DNA of 48,068 nucleotides from Octopus bimaculoides (Eukaryota): positions 7,614,276 through 7,662,343 of the forward strand of contig NC_068996.1 of the NCBI RefSeq assembly GCF_001194135.2, in the 5' to 3' direction. Below are positions 1 to 11,333 of this stretch, piece by piece; position 1 is the first letter of the stretch; every line of letters starts with the position of its first letter. The translations under genes were made by a program, and so were the position numbers. The notes under the pieces are model-generated. The model had not been told where the DNA came from, made no database searches, and saw only the letters and a list, made by a program, of their open reading frames with translations.

Positions 1-248
1 ACAAATATACATATATATATATATACATACAAATATACATATATATATATATACATACAAATATACATATATATATATATACATACAAATATACATATAT
101 GTATACAAATATACATATATACCTACATACATACATATACATACATATATACTTACATACATACATATATACATACATATATATACATATATACATACAT
201 ATATATACATATATACATACATATATATACATATATACATACATATAT

Positions 249-291
<43 letters not shown>

Positions 292-293
292 CA
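1..293. repeat. (TA)/(TACA) microsatellite with a 28-bp higher-order unit
   Basis: acaaatatacatatatatatatat(a/c)ac-type unit starts at 1, 29, 57, 85, followed by degenerate TATACA repeats. Confidence 0.9.
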
Positions 294-722
294 TATAATA
301 ATATTACAGATAAAAATCCAGATTTACAGATTAAAACTCAAATTCAATTTATTAAAAATTTTAATTAAATTAAGTTTCACAGTATTAAATATATATAAAT
401 ATATAGTTTTAGGGAAAAGAACCAAGATTCATGAACTCATCGATGAAAGTCCACTATCACATATAGAAAAATTAATAAGTAAAAGCACAATGAATGAGTA
501 TAATATAATACTAAGTAAATATCATAAGATAAAGATAATAAAATGACTACACTTGTTTCATAACCAATTTTCAAATAGAAAGAAAATTAAATCGATTGAA
601 ACTATCGAAAATCAATTCTATTCAAAAATATAGCTAATCTTCAGGTCAAAATACAACAATAATTATAATAAATGAATGTATATATCAACCAGCAATAAAC
701 AACAAATGAATGTATATAAAAT

Positions 723-1288
723 AGGCCTGATATTTTGGGGGAGTGGACTAATCAATTTAATTGACCCCTGTTTCACTGGTACTTAATTTACTGACCCCAA
801 AAGGTTGAAAGACAAAGTCGACCTATGCAGAATTAGAACTCAGAATGTAGTATCAGAAGAAATACTGATAAGCATTTTGTCCAGTGTGCTAATGATTCTG
901 CCAGCTCACCACCTTAATAACAACAAGAGCAACAACAACAACAACAATAATAGTTTCAGATTTTGCCACAAGGGCAACCATTTTAGGGGAGGGGATGCAT
1001 TGATTACATCGACCCCAGTGTTCAACTTGTACTTATTTTATCAACCCCGAAAGGATGAAAGGCAAAGTCTCAACTTCGGTGGAATTTGAACTCAGAATGT
1101 AGTGGCAGACAAAATACCAACAAGCATTTCGCCCAGCGTGCTAATGATTCTGCCAGCTCACCACCTTAATAATAATCCTTTCTACTAAAGGCACAAGGCC
1201 TGAAATTTGGGAGGAGGGGACTAGTCAATTACATCGACCCCAGTGTTTAACTGGTACTTATTTAATCGACCCCGAAAGGATAAAAGAC
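723..1288 (-). mobile_element. Three head-to-tail copies of tRNA-derived SINE family A (723-915, 952-1167, 5'-truncated 1177-1288)
   Basis: Each matches the reverse complement of the intact copy at 35336-35570 (ctggggtcgatgtaat core, B-box gagttcaaatt); copies are separated by (AAT/AAC)n tails. Confidence 0.85.
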
Positions 1289-1292
1289 ACTT

Positions 1293-1437
1293 AATAATAA
1301 TTATTATTATTTAACATCCATTTTCCATGTTGGTATGAGTTAGATGGTTGGACTGGAATTGGTAAACCAGAGAGCCACACCAGGTTCCAGTTTGATTTGG
1401 CATGATTTCTACAGCTGGATGCCCTTTCTAATGCCAA
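1293..1437 (-). mobile_element. 5'-truncated RTE LINE 3' tail
   Basis: ttccatgttggtatgagttagatgg...ctacagctggatgccctttctaatgcc matches the tail attached to the RTE ORF2 remnant at 38395-39091. Confidence 0.75.
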
Positions 1438-1836
1438 ATAATAATAATAATTATTATTATTATTTCTTTATTTTCTACAAGAGCAGTGAATGAAATGTTT
1501 CCTAACAGAATCATAATGTCACCAGGAAGTGTTTGATTTACTGTTCTACCAAGGCTTCAACCGACCCACCAGTTAACCCAAAATATCTTTGTATATTTAG
1601 TAAATATTTATTTTCTATCTTCCTCTCCGTTTGTCTCAGTTTAGATACTGAAGAAAAGATGGAGTTGTTCCAACTATAATATTCTCACAAGTGTCAATTT
1701 AATTACTGTTATTTACTATAAGGCTTAGAAAAATACCAAGTGTTTTTAGATTCAAGATTAAGTTGAAGAGTGAGAGTGAAGCAGGCCATTCTATAAATGA
1801 CAAAACTGCATATATAGCTTAATGGTGTCAAAAATA

Positions 1837-1873
<37 letters not shown>

Positions 1874-1965
1874 ACACACATTTTGTAATAAGTAGTTAGA
1901 AAGGAAGTAATCTTAAGAAGTTCTTTTTAACTACCTTTCTCTCTCTCTCTCTTTTCTTCTCTTCA

Positions 1966-2020
<55 letters not shown>

Positions 2021-2987
2021 TACATTCTCTTTGCACATTTGTTACAATAACAAACAAAAGTAATTTCACTATAAACAACCACCACAAGAGTAAGAAAACA
2101 ATGTTCTAACAGTTCTTATGACATTTTAGTAAAAGGTGTATGCGCATGTCTATCCATATACCCATTCAAAGACAGACAGACAGACACACACACTCACACA
2201 CACAAAGACTGAGGTCTCCTTGTGGCTCACGAGAGCATACATCTGCTCCTGGAAAGTTTTTTTGCCAAAAAGCAATTCTAGGCAAGACTTTATGGGAGAC
2301 TAACAGTTATCTATGTATTCAAGTCTGCCATCTCCATGCCACCAATATTGTGCAAAGGAAATACAAAAGGCTGTACAGTTTGGCATTCATGTTACAAGAC
2401 ACTTCTATCAGAACGCAAGAGTTCCTGTTTGACACTAACAATTTCTCTAAGCCACTGTTTCTTTATTTTATCAACTCCAGATGGATGAAGGTTGAAGATG
2501 AATATGATGGTTCATGGACCTGAATAGGAAGAACACAATGCATTTTGAACAACTCTCTAATGATTCTCCAAATCAACCTTGATTGGTTGATTATTCATCA
2601 AACCCAAAAGAGAAGACAAACTTGACAGGCATACATGTATGCATATATATNNNNNNNNNNNNNNNNNNNNNNNNNNNNNNNNNNNNNNNNNNNNNNNNNN
2701 NNNNNNNNNNNNNNNNNNNNNNNNNNNNNNNNNNNNNNNNNNNNNNNNNNTTATGATTTTATTCAACATATTCCCCTCTCAGATTCACACATTTATTGCA
2801 ACAGTCCTTCAGTGTTTTTAAGATCTGTAAAAGAACTCAGAAGGTTAAGCCTTCAACCAGGCCTTTCACAATACCCTTAAAACCAGGAACTTTTTAATAC
2901 CCCCTTGTATACATAGGCACTTATATATGCACATACGCTTGAATCTATGTAAGAATTTATGTACATATATATTCATGCATATATGTA

Positions 2988-3607
2988 CAGGGTGCAGTGA
3001 ATGAATTGTCATCTAAAATACGCAAAAATGAAAATAACACTGACATCTCATTTTAACGGATATATTTACCAAAATTACATAAAAATATCTTGAAATACTA
3101 AAGAGTAAATTTATTCAATAGAATTGCCATTGGCTTCAACCAGAGCCTCCAGACAACTTAAGAATCTCCTGCAACTCTTCTGGATGATCTCCTTGTTTAA
3201 GTTGGTGAATGCTGCCACAATTCATGCCTTCAGTGCATCTTTGGAGTTACAAGGAGTTTTGTTGGTCTCTAGCTCAACTGTGCTCCACAAATAATAATCA
3301 AGGGGGTTGCAGTTTGGGGAGTTAGGTGGCCAGATGTTAGGAGTGATGTGGTCAAAGAAATTATCTGACAGCCATGACTGGGTTCTCCTGCTTGCATGAC
3401 ATGGTACAGAGTCCTGTTGCCAGACACTATCCAGCAACTTAGTCTTCCAGCAACTATCTTCCTGACCCAGGGCAGCACTAATTCCTCCAGGCACTTAATG
3501 TAGGCCTCTGTATTGAGTCTGAGGCCATGCGGGAAGATGAATGGAGGCATAATGTCACCATCATTAGTGATCACTCCAAACACAATCATGTTGCCTGGAT
3601 ATTTGAT
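2988..3607 (-). mobile_element. DD37D (maT) DNA transposon, 3' part, truncated by a ribozyme-SINE insertion
   Basis: TA + TIR cagggtgcagtgaatgaattgtc at 2988; ORF pieces WQQDSVPCH...WPPNSPNCNPLDYY with 37 residues between 2nd and 3rd D. Confidence 0.85.
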
Positions 3608-3896
3608 TCTTAACCACTACGCTATATGCCCGTGGGCATATGGCATAGTGGTTAAGAGTGCAGGCTACTAACCCCAAGATTCTGAGTTCGATTCCAGGCA
3701 GTGACCTGAATAATAATAATAACATCGAAAAATACCTAAGGAATGAGAACCCAGGTTTGAAATTTCCCCAAGAAACCTGATGAAGGCTGGAGGGTATATC
3801 AGCTGAAACGTTGTGTTAACAACAAACAAGATGAGGACAAACATCCATCAAATGTAAATAATGTACATAATTCCTCATTTCTCAAATATAGAACTG
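3608..3896 (+). mobile_element. tRNA-head/hammerhead SINE, copy 1, with a 24-bp fold-back arm (3608-3631)
   Basis: tcttaaccactacgctatatgccc-gt-gggcatatggcatagtggttaaga hairpin; A/B boxes; (AAT)n linker; HHR; 3' end aaatatagaactg. Confidence 0.85.
3772..3817 (+). ncRNA. Minimal type I hammerhead ribozyme motif (PLE-like)
   Basis: gaaac CTGATGA a GGCTG gagggtatat CAGCT GAAAC GTT gtgtt: core intact, stem II with one G-U pair, palindromic ACGT instead of helix III, one stem I mismatch. Confidence 0.75.
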
Positions 3897-4541
3897 TAAT
3901 ACAAATGAACATAAGTATGTTGTATGCATGAATGCTTAGCATTTCTCTGTCATTACCTCTATGCAGGCATGTATATATATGTATAAATACATATATATAT
4001 ATGTATATATATATATATGTATTTACTTTTGCAATAAATACATTTTTCTCATTTGTAAGCCGAAATACACACGTGTGTGCATTTCACTATCATTTAGTGT
4101 CTGTATTCCATGATCATGATGATGATGATGATGGTGTATTAGTGTGTGTGTGTGTGTGGGCAGAGAGTGATAAAGGACCAAACACAAAATATGAAAATAA
4201 AGAAAAAAATATAACGAAATTAAGTACCTGCTCTATGAACCCTTATGGTCCATGAAATGAGACTAATTAATTTTACTTTTAAGAGACCTCTTCTATGAAG
4301 AGGTAAAACTCAAATAATAATCTCTAATTAAATTATGAAAGTGTAGAAGTAAAAGGGCTAGTGGAGATTGTGGGGGCGAAGGAGGGGGAGGGCTATATAA
4401 TGTGTTATATGCTTGTATGTGTATGTACATGTGTGATGTTATATTATTGTTTAGAGAGAGAGGGGGGAGAAGGAGCGAAAGAGAGATAATATATATAAAT
4501 ATAAACACACACACACACATAGAAGGGATACATATTTATAC

Positions 4542-4584
<43 letters not shown>

Positions 4585-4637
4585 NNNNNNNNNNTGCACA
4601 CATAGAAAGGAATACATATTGATACATACATGTATAA

Positions 4638-4673
<36 letters not shown>

Positions 4674-4864
4674 CAAAAAAGGAAAAAGACAAAAAAACAA
4701 CGTGAGGACGTGATACAGATTGTGTGTGTTTATTTGGGTTTTTGTATGTGTGTGTGTATGTTTGCGTGTGTATGTCTGCAGTTGTCTGTGTGCATGTTTG
4801 TGTGTATGTGTGTTTGTGTGTGTGCATGCATGTGCATGTGTGTGTGTTTGTGATCTTGTTTAAC

Positions 4865-5225
4865 TGACTGTAGATACAGAGAGAATGTTGGAAAGAAATG
4901 AGGCAAGCATGATTCACTGGACATGTAATGTCAGTGCACATGGACGATATGATAGAAATGAGCTGAGAGATGAAACGAGCATAAGAGAGTTGCAGTGTGT
5001 AGCTGAGAGATGGCTGCATCAGTATTGCTATGTAATGCAAAATGGATGATGACAGCAGGGCAAAGAAGTGCCAGAAGATGGCAAAAAACATGGGCAAAAG
5101 TGGCAAAATCTGATTTCAGGGTGTTCAGCTACATGAAAACAAAATAAAGGAATGCAACAAATGTTAGAATGCTATGTTGAAGAGGATCCATCCAACCCAT
5201 ACAGGCATAGAAAAATGGGCATTAA
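4865..5225 (+). mobile_element. Decayed RTE LINE 3' end (ORF2 C-terminus + tail)
   Basis: Plus-strand LERNEASMIHWTCNVS... is homologous to KLKRNEASMLCWMYNVS at 38753-39091; ends in ccaacccatacaggcatagaaaaatgggcattaa; (ATG)n tail resumes at 5456 after a MITE. Confidence 0.7.
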
Positions 5226-5447
5226 CCCTTTTATTACCATATTTCTGTTGAGATGCTCTGTGTCTCTTTCAATTAATTTCAAATATAACAAAGAATTTAG
5301 TAAAATAACTTAGTTATCATTAAGCTAGTGTTAGGAACATAAATTGTGACTAAGGTTTAGTGGAAGATTTTCATTCAAAACTTATGAAAACAAGACATTT
5401 GTACTACAGAGCCAGAGCCGGTTTCAGCCGGATTGGTATTGAAAGGT
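5226..5447. mobile_element. TTAA-flanked piggyBac-like MITE, family 1
   Basis: TTAA|ccctttt...aaaggt|TTAA; TTAA at 5222-25 and 5448-51; related copies at 14028 and 45763. Confidence 0.75.
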
Positions 5448-6481
5448 TTAAAAAATGATGATGATGATAATAATAGTAACTATGATGATGATGATGATGA
5501 TGAACATTTTAAAAATCTAGTAATTACTCAACTAAGATGTTCCAGCATACATATTTATTTGAAGTAATGTGGTTAAGAGCAGAATACTTCAGAGATGTGG
5601 CAAGGCTTAATTTCTCGTTCTCTTTGGTCAGTTATAGTTTAGAATTTCTTCTAGTTCCCTGTTGTGACAATGAAAGCGATTTCCTAAATAACCAAAATTC
5701 TTCATAGCCTGAACTATGTTTTTCAACATCTGCACTCTAATAAGTTGAAAGTTCATGGAAGTAAGAAGTTAAAAAAGGAATGGTTTTAAGAAATAAATTA
5801 AGTAAAAGCTGTAGTTGAGTTTGTTTTAAAAGCAGACAGTTAATTTGTTATAAGCCTTATAATACTGGAAGAATGGTTTTTGGTAACATTAGCAGAATGA
5901 CTTTATTGTAGCAGAAGAATTGTTGATCTTCCATGGAGGAAATTAACAAGCATCAGATAATGGTATGTTCTCAAACAATTAATGCTGCATAATGTGGTTT
6001 GAAATCTTCTCAAGATAATTGATGCATGTGAGAGAGAGGGAGAGCGAGGTGGGGGAGGGAGAGCGAGGTGGGGGAGAGAGCTTGCGTGTGTGATTGTGTA
6101 AGTGTAGTGTAGTGTAAACATTGTAGATGTGTTGTGTGTTAGAGTTCTTGTGTGAATATACAAGTTCGTGCATGTGTTTTATTTGTGTGCAAGTATATGT
6201 TGTGCCAGTGTACTTGTACCAATGTGTGTGAATGTAAGTGTGAATGTATGTATGTGTTTGTGAGTATTATACAACAAATGTTTGCATGTGAGAGAGAGAG
6301 AGTGAGAGGGTATTTGAGAATGTGTGTACACAAGTGTACATTACTGTGTGAGTGCAAATGTATGTGCAAAATGCTTGGATGAGTTTATGCATGTGTGAGT
6401 GTGTGAATATGTGTTTATGTACTTACTTATGAATGCGTTTGTGAGAATATCTATGTTGGTATTGTGTGTGTGTATGCACCA

Positions 6482-6733
6482 TCATGATCATTAGCATCGT
6501 TTAATGTCCGCTTTCCATGCTAGCATGGGTTGGACGATTTGACTGAAGACTGGTGAAACCAGATGGCTACACCAGGGTCCAATCTGATTTGGCAGAGTTT
6601 CTACAGCTAGATGCCCTTCCTAACGCCAACCACTCAGAGAGTGTAGTGGGTGCTTTTACGTGCCACTGGCACAAGGGTCAGTCAGGCAGGTACTGGCAAC
6701 AGCCACACTCAAAATGGTGTATTTTACGTGCCA
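6482..6733 (-). mobile_element. RTE LINE 3' UTR/tail copy
   Basis: catcgtttaatgtccgctttccatgctagcatgggttggacg...; high similarity to 9773, 43196 and 44945 copies. Confidence 0.85.
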
Positions 6734-6967
6734 AATAGATTTTGTGTATGTGTGTGGGGGGAGGGGTATTTTTGAGAAAGACAGAAACAAAAGAGGCTGA
6801 AGAATGTGCTGCTGTGATTGTTGGATTGTCTCAGAAACAATTGATGGTGATTGGTAAAAGAAAAAAATAACAATCAAAATAATGATCTTTTTGAAACTGT
6901 GGTCATCATTTTCTTTATTTTGAATAGAAATTCCTCCAGGAACCACAGAAGACCTTTAATGGGTACT

Positions 6968-7262
6968 TTCTTTTACTTGTTTCAGTCATTTAGACTGCAG
7001 CCATGCTACGGCACTCCCCTGAAGAACTTTTAATTAAGTGAATCAACCCCAGTATGTATCGGTTTTCTTTTTTTAAACCTGGTACTTATTCTATCAATCT
7101 CTTTTGACAAACTGCAAAGTTATGGGGGTGTAAACACACCAACACCAGTTGTCAAGCATTGGTAGGGGACACACACACAAAGGGCTTCTTTCAGTTTCCA
7201 TCTACCAAATCCACTCTTATGGCTTTCATCAGCCTGAGGATTTAGAAGATAGGTGCCTAGCA
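6968..7262 (-). mobile_element. SINE family B (tail + centre, head lost)
   Basis: cttttacttgtttcagtc tail; gggcttctttcagtttccatctaccaaatccactc centre; matches 46363-46819. Confidence 0.8.
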
Positions 7263-7448
7263 CTTCACTAATTACATATACTTTTGTTAGCTCTAATCTG
7301 AGGGCATTTGCTCGACTCATAGTCTTCATAATACTATTGTTCACAAAATGCATGACATAGCATAATACTGCCAAGGAATGGTGTAACTATAAGCAGTAAT
7401 TGAAATAGAAGAAGGAATATTGAACTACTAATTAAAATTGTATCTTTA

Positions 7449-7640
7449 TCTTTTACTTGTTTCAGGCACCACCTTGAGGGGTTTTAGTCGAACAAATCAA
7501 CCTTAAGACTTTTGTTTTTTTAAGCCTAGTACTTATACTATTGGTCTCTTTTGCATAAGGGATTGTAACTTAGTGGTGGTGGGGAACACAAACACAGTAA
7601 GAGAGAGAGAGATAGACAGACAAAAAGCTTCCTTTGGTAT
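7449..7640 (-). mobile_element. SINE family B tail fragment
   Basis: cttttacttgtttcagg...taagcctagtacttatac matches family B 3' half. Confidence 0.7.
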
Positions 7641-7642
7641 TT

Positions 7643-7676
<34 letters not shown>

Positions 7677-7677
<1 letters not shown>

Positions 7678-8050
7678 TAGCAGTATAGCCCGGCTTTGCC
7701 CAGGATTAAGTTAGGATCATTAAGCTAATCAAATTCTTTATTTCAAACCAAACTAAGTCACATCGACGTCAAATATAGGCAGAATCAGTGTCATGACGGG
7801 AGCGCATGGGTTGGGAGTTTGATCGGCAGAGGTGATCAGGCTACACATGCCAGACCTTTGAAAACACCAATAATGATTGCTCCATTTTTCATTATTGTTC
7901 AAAGATCAAAAATGAACATAATTTGTAAAGTTTCAGCTACCAATATAACGATATATAATAATATAGCATATAATAATAATAATAATAATAATATTGTATT
8001 TTTAGTTTTGAGCACTCTCCTTTCTCATTTACTTTGTCTTCATATATAAG
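7677..8050 (-). mobile_element. Probable non-autonomous Helitron
   Basis: Minus strand ends in GC-rich hairpin (plus cccggctttgcccagg, 7689-7704) then CTAG|T, inserted in (TA)n; 5' TC terminus is not clear. Confidence 0.55.
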
Positions 8051-8122
8051 TTAGACTATTATTTTTAAATGTAAATGTTATGTCGGAAAATATATCCTAT
8101 CATCCTTTACATTCCCAATAAC

Positions 8123-8225
8123 CTTTGCTATGAGGTGGAGTTGCACTTCTCTATGTCTAAACAAGACAAGCTGAGTGTATTGGTCCTTGAATGTATCCCT
8201 TTTAATAAGGCCATCATGAGAATAT
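8123..8225 (-). CDS. Candidate host exon (YSHDGLIKRDTFKDQYTQLVLFRHREVQLHLIAK), unidentified protein
   Basis: AG acceptor, 34 open codons in unique sequence, weak donor AAG|gttatt; phase compatible with candidate exon 14648-14682; no recognised homologue. Confidence 0.25.
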
Positions 8226-8321
8226 CTAGAACATTAATTATATGCCCCAGCTTATTTTCAAGCATACATTATTCTAAGGGTAGTATCGTGTGGACCTACA
8301 ATTACACTTATATTAAAATGA

Positions 8322-8389
<68 letters not shown>

Positions 8390-8401
8390 GTATGTGTGTG
8401 T

Positions 8402-8436
<35 letters not shown>

Positions 8437-8464
8437 CATACACATATATATATACACACACACA

Positions 8465-8745
8465 CGAGTTTGATTCCAGGACTGGATAGAGCATTTTGTT
8501 CTTGAGCATGACACTTTATTTCATGTAGTTCCAGTTCACTAACTGTAGAAATGAGTTGCGTCATTACTGGTGTCAAGCTGTGTCAACCTTTGCATTTCCT
8601 TTGGACAGCATCAATGGAGTGGAGAAGGGAAGCAGGTAAGCATGGCAAACTGCTGGTCTTCCATAAACAACCTTGCCCAAACTTGTGCCAAGGGGAGATC
8701 TTTCTAGGCGCAATCTTATTGGTCATTCAAGACCAAAAGGGATCT
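8465..8745 (+). mobile_element. 5'-truncated tRNA-SINE of a further family
   Basis: B-box-like gagtttgattcc followed by gttcttgagcatgacactttatttc...actgtagaaatgag, resembling conserved SINE central domains. Confidence 0.45.
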
Positions 8746-8759
8746 TTACAATATATATA

Positions 8760-8801
<42 letters not shown>

Positions 8802-9162
8802 AAAAGTAAATGAGTATATGCATATATACGTACAGGTATGTGCATACCGACATCCACCTGTATGTATAGGTGCATATCTGGGTACAGGACATTGCAAACA
8901 AACGTAGACGAGAACACACGAGCCACATAGAGAACATTCTACTTCATCAGCTACCCACGTTTTAACACCGGCGTTTCGACGAGCTTATATATATATATAT
9001 ATATATATACTCACACATGTGATTCCACATTTACTATTGCCAAAATTAAATAAACAGTGTGTATCATATAACATACATCCACACAGACATATACTCACTC
9101 ACAAGCATACAAATACAAACAACTACATATTCTGTTTTTCTCTCACTCTCTTCCACACACAC

Positions 9163-9209
<47 letters not shown>

Positions 9210-9519
9210 CTCTCCCCTTCCACTGACAGAAAATAAGTCACACATGGCTAATTCCATCATGCTTAATTACAATTATCTTTCATAATCGGAAAGCCTAATT
9301 AATTCACTCTACACTGTGTAAAGAAATTCATAGAACCTTCTGGAAGCATATCAAACTTGTTCTTAGAGATTTGTTACATTGTTAGAACACTGTTATTTAA
9401 ACCGTTTATTAATTGGCACCTTCTCTACTGATTATAGATTCAATCAATCCTAATGAGGAATGAGGAATGCAAAACAGCTTAGGGATAGTAAAATACTTTA
9501 TAAATGGAGTTTTTGATGC

Positions 9520-9715
9520 TAGTAATGATGATGATGTGGATGATGATGAAGATGGTGACAAGAGCAACGATGATGATGATAGTGATGATGATTATTGTGG
9601 TAAATATGACTATGATGAAAATTGCGATGATGATGATGATGGCAAGAGTGGAAATGATAATAATGATGGTATTGGTGATGATGATCGTAGTAATGGTGGT
9701 CAGGATGAAGACTAA
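9520..9715. repeat. Degenerate (GAT)n trinucleotide tract
   Basis: Poly-Asp/Met/His ORFs in all frames derive from this repeat; similar tract at 42840-43040. Confidence 0.85.
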
Positions 9716-9772
9716 ACAGCATGGCTGATTTCTCAAATACAAATAGAATAGTGAAAAGTTTAGAATACACAA

Positions 9773-10345
9773 ATCATCATCATCATCATCATCATCGTCG
9801 TTTAACGTCTGCTTTCCATGCTAGCATGGGTTGGACGATTTGACTGAGGACTGGTGAAACCAGGCTCCAATCTGATTTGGCAAAGTTTCTACAGCTGGAT
9901 GCCCTTCCTAACGCCAACCACTCAGAGAGTGTAGTGGGTGCTTTTACATGCCACCGGCACGAAGGCCAGTCAGGCGGTACTGGCAACGGCCACGCTCAAA
10001 ATGGTGTATTTTACATGCCACCTGCACAGGAGCCAGTCCAGGGGCACTGGCAACAATCTCACGCGAATGTTTTTTTCATGTGCCACCAGCACAAGTGCCA
10101 GTAAGGCGATGCTGGTAATGATTACGCTCAAATGGTGCTATTTATGTGCCACTGGCACGGAAGCCAGACAGCTGCTCTGGCAACGATCACGCTCGGATGG
10201 TGCTCTTAGCACTCCACTGGTACAGGTGCCAACATGATTTCAATTTCACTTGCCCCAACAGGTCTTTGCAAGCCAAGTTTAGTGTCCAATGAAGGAGAGG
10301 TTGGCATAGGTGCCAGTCGTCGAATTTGGTTCAATTTCGATTTTG
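9773..10345 (-). mobile_element. Long RTE 3' UTR copy with internal tandem modules
   Basis: (CAT)n tail, conserved tail, then several imperfect repeats of atgccaccggcac...ctggcaac. Confidence 0.8.
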
Positions 10346-10709
10346 ATAATACATATATAATAACACAGAAAAATTATACATACACCACAGACATATGCAA
10401 ACACATTCACAGACTTATGCACACACATACAACGAAAACACACACTACAGTGATGCCTAAGAAGGTTGCCAGTAGAGGTATACTTGAAGTTTAAAAACAG
10501 CAAAGTATGGTGTATACAATTCACAATAAATATTAGATCTACACAGGTATGGAGTCTGTCATTCAATGATTTTATTCTTTTCACTAAATAAGGTTCTCGA
10601 ATGTAAACTCATGTATTTGATTTCAATGGTATCCCTGATCAAGGCACCTCATTTCATGTTACTCCAGACTCAACACAGCTGAAAAAATATGTTACAGCTG
10701 AAAGGTCAT

Positions 10710-10944
10710 TATTTACATTTGACGGATATTTGTCTTCATCTTGTCTGTTGTTAACACAACGTTTCGGCTGATATACCCCCCAGCCTTCTTCAGGCGTCTT
10801 GGGGAAATTTCGAACCTAGGTTCTCATTCCTAAGGTATTTTTCGATATCATCATCATCATCATCATTAAGGTCACTGCCTGGAATCGATCTCGGAATCTT
10901 GGGGTTAGTAGCCCACACTCCTAACCACTACGTCATATGCCCAC
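10710..10944 (-). mobile_element. tRNA-head/hammerhead SINE, copy 2, flanked by 13-bp direct repeat
   Basis: gctgaaaggtcat at 10697-10709 and 10957-10969; head gtgggcatatgacgtagtgg; 3' end stops at AAATAATG. Confidence 0.9.
10753..10798 (-). ncRNA. Minimal type I hammerhead ribozyme motif (most intact copy)
   Basis: gacgc CTGAAGA a GGCTG gggggtatat CAGCC GAAAC GTT gtgtt: full core, perfect 5-bp stem II, 5-bp stem I (two G-U), ACGT palindrome. Confidence 0.8.
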
Positions 10945-11333
10945 AGTCATATGTATGCTGAAAGGTCATATGTATGGCAGCAGGATTTGGCTTTTGGCCA
11001 TACTTCTGGAAAGAATCAGAAATGATTGTCACAAAATTTCTATGACTTCGCCAACACCAATTTCTCACCTCTTAATTTTCCTGATTGTTATTCCTTTGAT
11101 TACTACACATAGTAATGTATAGGATGAAGTTAAGAAAAACACTGACCACTGTACCTGCAACATTAAGGCCAAGCTAATACAGAGGGTACTGGGTGCATTT
11201 TACATTGTACCATAACCAGTTGTTTTTACATGGCATCAACACCAATGCTTTTTACGTAGCACCTTGGTTTTAGGATATCATATATATAACCCATGCCAGC
11301 ATGGACAACGGATGTTACATGATTATATATATA

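Noticed and set aside
99-368. Ile/Tyr/His/Thr/Val/Cys-rich ORFs here and throughout the ORF track
   Set aside because: Translations of (TA)n, (CA)n and (TG)n microsatellites, not proteins
2140-2523. 127-aa plus-strand ORF / possible terminal exon WMKVEDEYDGSWT*
   Set aside because: No recognisable motif; could also be decayed LINE sequence on the minus strand; no supporting exon chain
5911-5961. Plus-strand exon-like segment with ATG (MEEINKHQIM|gtatgt), and similar candidates at 13743-13787, ~28181-28212, ~37932-38060
   Set aside because: Splice-like signals this short arise often in AT-rich DNA; no homology or coherent gene model
9950-10230. CRISPR-like repeat/spacer array
   Set aside because: Repeats are imperfect, irregularly spaced, inside an RTE 3' UTR in a eukaryotic genome; no cas genes
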